From Opitutaceae bacterium (lineage in GTDB: Bacteria; Verrucomicrobiota; Verrucomicrobiia; Opitutales; Opitutaceae), in contig JBBAVH010000025.1 in NCBI GenBank assembly GCA_040397825.1, positions 6,633-70,632 on the forward strand: a stretch of DNA of 64,000 bases, given 5' to 3'. Shown in pieces: positions 59,943-64,000 of the stretch. The stretch's first letter is position 1. Every line of letters begins with the position of its first letter. The notes beneath the pieces were generated by a model. It did no database searches, was not told the origin of the DNA, and was given only the letters and a program-made list of their open reading frames with translations. A program made the translations under genes and the position numbers.

Positions 59943-60593
59943 ATGTCCGTCGACTTCCTCGCCGCTCTCAAGTCGCGTTTCCCGCAGGCCGCGGATCGCG
60001 CCTCGGCGGATCATCCTGCGGTCGACGTGCCGCTGGCGGAGGTGGTTCCCGTGCTGCGCTTCCTGCGCGACGAGCAGGCGTTCGACCTGCTGATGGACGT
60101 CACCGCGATCGACTGGGCGGCGGGAGCGAGCCCACGTTTCACCGTCGTCTATCACCTGCTTTCGACGACCCGTCCCGGCACCTACGTCCGCGTGGCGGCC
60201 GCCTGCGCGGGAACCGAGGAGGCGCCGACGGCGCCGAGCGTGACGTCGCTCTGGCCGGGCGCCAACTGGCATGAGCGCGAGTGCTTCGACATGTTCGGCC
60301 TCCGTTTCGAGGGTCACCCGGACCTGCGGCGCATCCTGATGTGGGATGGCTATCCCTATCACCCCCTGCGCAAGGAGTTCCCCCTCGCCGGCATCGAGAC
60401 CGATCTGCCGGGAGCCGACGTGGCCGAGGAAACGGGCACCAAGGTGGTGGCGGCGCCGATGGCGGGCGGTCCGTTCGTGGCCTCCGCCGGTGAGATCAAC
60501 CTTTCCGAGGCCGAACCGCGGGCGAAGGACGAGAGCTGGAGCGATCGCGTCGCCCAACCTGGGCAGACGCCGCTGCGGCAGGTGAAGGAGTAA
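59943..60593 (+). CDS. nuoC: NADH-quinone oxidoreductase subunit C
   Basis: RFTVVYHL, ANWHERECFDMFG, GHPDLRRIL, HPLRKEFP. Confidence 0.96.
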   Translation: MSVDFLAALKSRFPQAADRASADHPAVDVPLAEVVPVLRFLRDEQAFDLLMDVTAIDWAAGASPRFTVVYHLLSTTRPGTYVRVAAACAGTEEAPTAPSVTSLWPGANWHERECFDMFGLRFEGHPDLRRILMWDGYPYHPLRKEFPLAGIETDLPGADVAEETGTKVVAAPMAGGPFVASAGEINLSEAEPRAKDESWSDRVAQPGQTPLRQVKE

Positions 60594-60597
60594 GACG

Positions 60598-61842
60598 ATG
60601 GCCGCCGAACACACCTTTCCCGACAGCGCGGCGCGGCTCGCCGCGGGCGCGGCCGCGGTCCCCGAGGAATTCCAGGGCGAGAAGATGTCCCTCTCCATGG
60701 GGCCGTCGCACCCCTCGACGCACGGCGTGCTGCGGCTGCAGCTGGAGATCGACGGCGAGACGGTCACGAAGGCCGACCCGGTGATCGGCTACCTACACCG
60801 CGGCGACGAGAAAATCGCCGAGAACATGACCTACAACCAGTTCGTGCCGTACACGGACCGGTTGGACTACCTGGCGCCGCTGGCGAACAACATGGCCTAC
60901 GCGATCGCCGTGGAGCGGCTCGCGGGCGTGAAGGTCCCGCCGCGCTGCGAGGCGATCCGCGTCATCACCGCCGAGATGGCCCGCATCTCTTCGCACCTGA
61001 TGGGCCTCGGGGCCTTCGGCTTGGACGTAGGCGCCTGGACGGTGCTGCTGTACTCCCTCGAGGAGCGCGAGAAGCTCTACAAGCTGTTCGAGGAACTCAC
61101 CGGCGCTCGCTTCACGACGAGCTACACCCGCATCGGCGGTGTGACGCGCGACGTGCCGGAGGGCTGGCTCGGCCGGGTGGGGGCCTTCTGCGACCAATTC
61201 CTGCCGATCCTTGAGGAGACCCTGAAGCTGCTCACGCGGAACAAGATCTTCATGGATCGCACCGTGGGCGTTGGCGTCATCAGCAAGGCCGACGCGCTCG
61301 CCTACGGCCTCACCGGGCCGAATCTCCGCGGCAGCGGCGTGGGCCTCGACCTGCGTAAGGACAAGCCGTACTCCGGCTACGAAAACTACGAGTTCGACGT
61401 GCCGGTGGGCACCACCGGGGACTGCTACGACCGCTACCTCGTTCGTGGCGAGGAGATGCGGCAGTCGGTGCGTATCATCCGCCAGGTGATCGCGCGCTTC
61501 CCCGAGGGGCCATGGTACGCCACCGATGCGCGGCGCATCTTCGCCCCGCCGAAGGACAAAGTGCTCACCTCGATGGAGGAGCTCATCCAGAACTTCATGA
61601 TCGTGACCGCGGGGCCGCAGGTCCCGGCGGGCGAGGTCTACTTCGAGGCGGAGAACCCGAAGGGCGTCCTTGGCTTCTACGTCGTGAGCAAGGGTGGCGG
61701 CGTACCCTACCGTCTGAAGATCCGTTCTCCTTCCTTCTGTAACCTCTCGATCGTGCCCAAGGCCTGCGTGGGCTGCCTGATCTCCGACGTCGTCGCGATC
61801 CTCGGCTCCCTCGACTTCGTGATGGGCGAATGCGACCGCTGA
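60598..61842 (+). CDS. nuoD: NADH-quinone oxidoreductase subunit D
   Basis: GPSHPSTHGVLR, GYLHRG, DRLDY, ENPKG, LGSLDFVMGECDR. Confidence 0.97.
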   Translation: MAAEHTFPDSAARLAAGAAAVPEEFQGEKMSLSMGPSHPSTHGVLRLQLEIDGETVTKADPVIGYLHRGDEKIAENMTYNQFVPYTDRLDYLAPLANNMAYAIAVERLAGVKVPPRCEAIRVITAEMARISSHLMGLGAFGLDVGAWTVLLYSLEEREKLYKLFEELTGARFTTSYTRIGGVTRDVPEGWLGRVGAFCDQFLPILEETLKLLTRNKIFMDRTVGVGVISKADALAYGLTGPNLRGSGVGLDLRKDKPYSGYENYEFDVPVGTTGDCYDRYLVRGEEMRQSVRIIRQVIARFPEGPWYATDARRIFAPPKDKVLTSMEELIQNFMIVTAGPQVPAGEVYFEAENPKGVLGFYVVSKGGGVPYRLKIRSPSFCNLSIVPKACVGCLISDVVAILGSLDFVMGECDR

Positions 61843-61853
61843 ACGTCGATCCC

Positions 61854-62360
61854 ATGCCCGAGCTGCCCACGATCAACCTGAAGCCCGCGACCCTGAGCCG
61901 GATCGACGAGGTGATCACGCATTACCCGGTAAAGCGAAGCGCCGTGCTCATGGTGCTGCACGCGATCCAGGAGGACGTAGGTTACATCTCGCCCGCTGCC
62001 GTGGAGTGGATCGCGGCCCGGCTCGAGCTCCAGCCCATCAACGTGCAGGAGGTCGTCACCTTCTACCCGATGTTTCGCCAGCAGCCGATCGGCCGCCGGC
62101 ACATCAAGGTCTGCCGCACGCTGTCCTGCGCGCTCCGCGGCGCCTACCAGACCTGCGCGACCTTCGAGCGCGAGTTCAACACCCACCGCGGTGAGGTCTC
62201 GCCCGACGGCGAGGTCACGGTCGAGTTCGTCGAGTGCCTCGCCAGCTGCGGCACTGCTCCTGTCGTGATGATCGACGACGACCTGCACGAGAACGTCGAC
62301 GGCGCCGCGGCCCGGCGCTTGAGCGACCGAATCAAGGCCGAGGCTGCCGCGCGCCGCTGA
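61854..62360 (+). CDS. nuoE: NADH-quinone oxidoreductase subunit E
   Basis: EVVTFYPMF, CRTLSC...CLASC 2Fe-2S ligands. Start reset to 61854. Confidence 0.96.
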   Translation: MPELPTINLKPATLSRIDEVITHYPVKRSAVLMVLHAIQEDVGYISPAAVEWIAARLELQPINVQEVVTFYPMFRQQPIGRRHIKVCRTLSCALRGAYQTCATFEREFNTHRGEVSPDGEVTVEFVECLASCGTAPVVMIDDDLHENVDGAAARRLSDRIKAEAAARR

Positions 62361-62384
62361 CCCCGCCACCCGGAGACGCCGACC

Positions 62385-63737
62385 ATGCCCGCCCCCGCCC
62401 AGCGCCGCATCATCTTCCGCCACATCGACGAGCCGGGTTACTCGCGCGACTTGGCCTGCTACGTCCGCCACGGGGGCTATGATTCCCTGCGCAAGGCGCT
62501 CGCGATGCAGCCGGCCGCCATCATCGACGAGGTCAAGAAATCGGGCCTCCGCGGACGCGGCGGCGCCGGCTTCGGCTGCGGCCTCAAGTGGAGCCTCGTC
62601 GACCGCAAGAGCGGCAAGCCCATCTACCTCGTCGTGAATGCCGACGAGTCCGAGCCTGGTACCTTCAAGGATCGCTATATCATCCATCAGGATCCGCACC
62701 AGCTGATCGAGGGCATCATGATCACCTGCTGGGCGAACAACGTCCGGCAGGCTTACATCTACATCCGCGGCGAGTTCCCCCATGGCGCCCGCATCCTTGA
62801 AGAGGCGATCGCGGAGGCGCGGGCGGCGAAGTTCGTCGGGCCCGACGTCCTCGGATCCGGCTACGGCTGCGAGATCTTCGTCCACCGCGGGGCTGGCGCG
62901 TACATCTGCGGGGAAGAGACCGGGCTCATCGAGTCCCTTGAGGGCAAACGTCCTTACCCGCGCATCAAGCCGCCCTATTTCCCCGCAGTGCTCGGGCTCT
63001 ACCAGTGCCCGACGATCGTGAACAACGTGGAGACGCTCTGCCACGTGAAGTACATCGTCGAGGTGGGCGGCGAGGCGTTTTCCCAGATCGGCACGCCCAA
63101 CAACACCGGCACGCGCATCCTGTGCGTCAGCGGCCACGTGCAGCGCCCCGGCTACTACGAGTACGAGGTCGGCCGCATCACCCTCGGCCAGCTGCTCAAC
63201 GAGGTGTGCGGCGGCCCGCTCCCCGGCCGCAAGTTCAAGGCCGTCATTCCCGGCGGCTCATCGGCCAAGGTGCTCCGTTTCGGAGAGACCTTCACGCTCA
63301 AGAACAAGGACGGCTCCACCCGCACGCTCGCCGTCGAGGACATCCCGATGGACTTCGACACCATGGCGGCCTGCGGGACCATGGGCGGATCCGGCGGCGT
63401 CATCGTGATGGACGACTCGGTCAACATGGTCGAGGCGCTGGGCAACCTGAACGCGTTCTACGCCCACGAAAGCTGCGGCCAGTGCACGCCGTGCCGCGAG
63501 GGATCGCTCTGGATGAAGAAGATCACCGGCCGCATGGTGCACGGCGAGGCCCGCGCGGAGGACGGCGCCTTGCTCAAGGGCGTGGCTGACCAGATCGCCG
63601 GCCGCACGATCTGCGCCTTTGGCGAGGCCTGCTCCTGGCCCACCCAGAGCTTCGTCGCCAAGTTCGGCGATGAATTCCAGGGCTACGCGGGAACGAAACG
63701 GGTGCCGCGGCCCGACGGCGCCGCCGAGCTGGTCTGA
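62385..63737 (+). CDS. nuoF: NADH-quinone oxidoreductase subunit F
   Basis: [49 protein letters not shown]. Confidence 0.97.
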   Translation: MPAPAQRRIIFRHIDEPGYSRDLACYVRHGGYDSLRKALAMQPAAIIDEVKKSGLRGRGGAGFGCGLKWSLVDRKSGKPIYLVVNADESEPGTFKDRYIIHQDPHQLIEGIMITCWANNVRQAYIYIRGEFPHGARILEEAIAEARAAKFVGPDVLGSGYGCEIFVHRGAGAYICGEETGLIESLEGKRPYPRIKPPYFPAVLGLYQCPTIVNNVETLCHVKYIVEVGGEAFSQIGTPNNTGTRILCVSGHVQRPGYYEYEVGRITLGQLLNEVCGGPLPGRKFKAVIPGGSSAKVLRFGETFTLKNKDGSTRTLAVEDIPMDFDTMAACGTMGGSGGVIVMDDSVNMVEALGNLNAFYAHESCGQCTPCREGSLWMKKITGRMVHGEARAEDGALLKGVADQIAGRTICAFGEACSWPTQSFVAKFGDEFQGYAGTKRVPRPDGAAELV

Positions 63738-63757
63738 CGCTCGCTGCCGAATCCAAG

Positions 63758-64000
63758 ATGACCGCGATGTCCGCCGCTCCCAAACCCGACCTCATCACCG
63801 TCAACGTCGACGGCCGGGACGTCGCCGTGCCGAAGGGCACCAACGTCATCGAGGCGGCGCGCCTCGTCGGGGTCGACGTCCCGTACTACTGCTACCACCC
63901 GAAGCTTTCCATCTCGGGCAATTGCCGCATGTGCCTGGTCGAGATCGGCATGCCGGCCGTCGACCCCGCCACCAAGGCGGCGATTATCGATCCCGCCACC
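63758..64000 (+). CDS. nuoG: NADH-quinone oxidoreductase subunit G, N-terminal part (truncated by window)
   Basis: Not in the ORF track. My translation: [62 protein letters not shown]..., carrying the 2Fe-2S motif. Confidence 0.95.
   Translation, partial: MTAMSAAPKPDLITVNVDGRDVAVPKGTNVIEAARLVGVDVPYYCYHPKLSISGNCRMCLVEIGMPAVDPATKAAIIDPAT

Noticed and set aside
1-64000. CRISPR array, IS element, prophage or rRNA
   Set aside because: No regularly spaced repeats, transposase, integrase, phage structural genes or rRNA motifs were seen by eye.

Overview
High-GC bacterial chromosome segment; gene content and style suggest Verrucomicrobiota, probably Opitutaceae (inference). Most long ORFs in the supplied track are antisense shadows or upstream-extended; I corrected starts by eye. 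The left end (1-10603, minus strand) is a tightly packed five-gene operon in which every product has an N-terminal signal peptide: unknown protein, Ig-repeat protein with a DxDxDG...IHQP tail, TPR-like protein, 2173-aa Rhs toxin with an alpha/beta-hydrolase-like tip, and an ATGA-coupled candidate immunity gene missing from the track. It is the best candidate for an undescribed system. The rest holds a TonB-dependent receptor, rsmD, tonB, a CoA-transferase/PocR-AraC pair, secreted hydrolases (esterase, dienelactone hydrolase, PL10 lyase, serine hydrolase-NamZ fusion, sulfatase, M16, M14), an eboD-eboF pair without the other ebo genes, tRNA-Val(CAC) with att-arm-like repeats and a DUF429-like gene, SWIM-SNF2, glyQS, an MlaEFD operon led by a Trp-Pro repeat protein, sufS, a metal-binding lipoprotein/DUF3299 pair and nuoB-G (no nuoA upstream). 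Many operon-leading genes have a -35-like hexamer exactly 35 nt before the start codon, suggesting leaderless mRNAs. I saw no CRISPR array, rRNA, transposase or integrase. Family assignments rest on motif recognition, not database searches.
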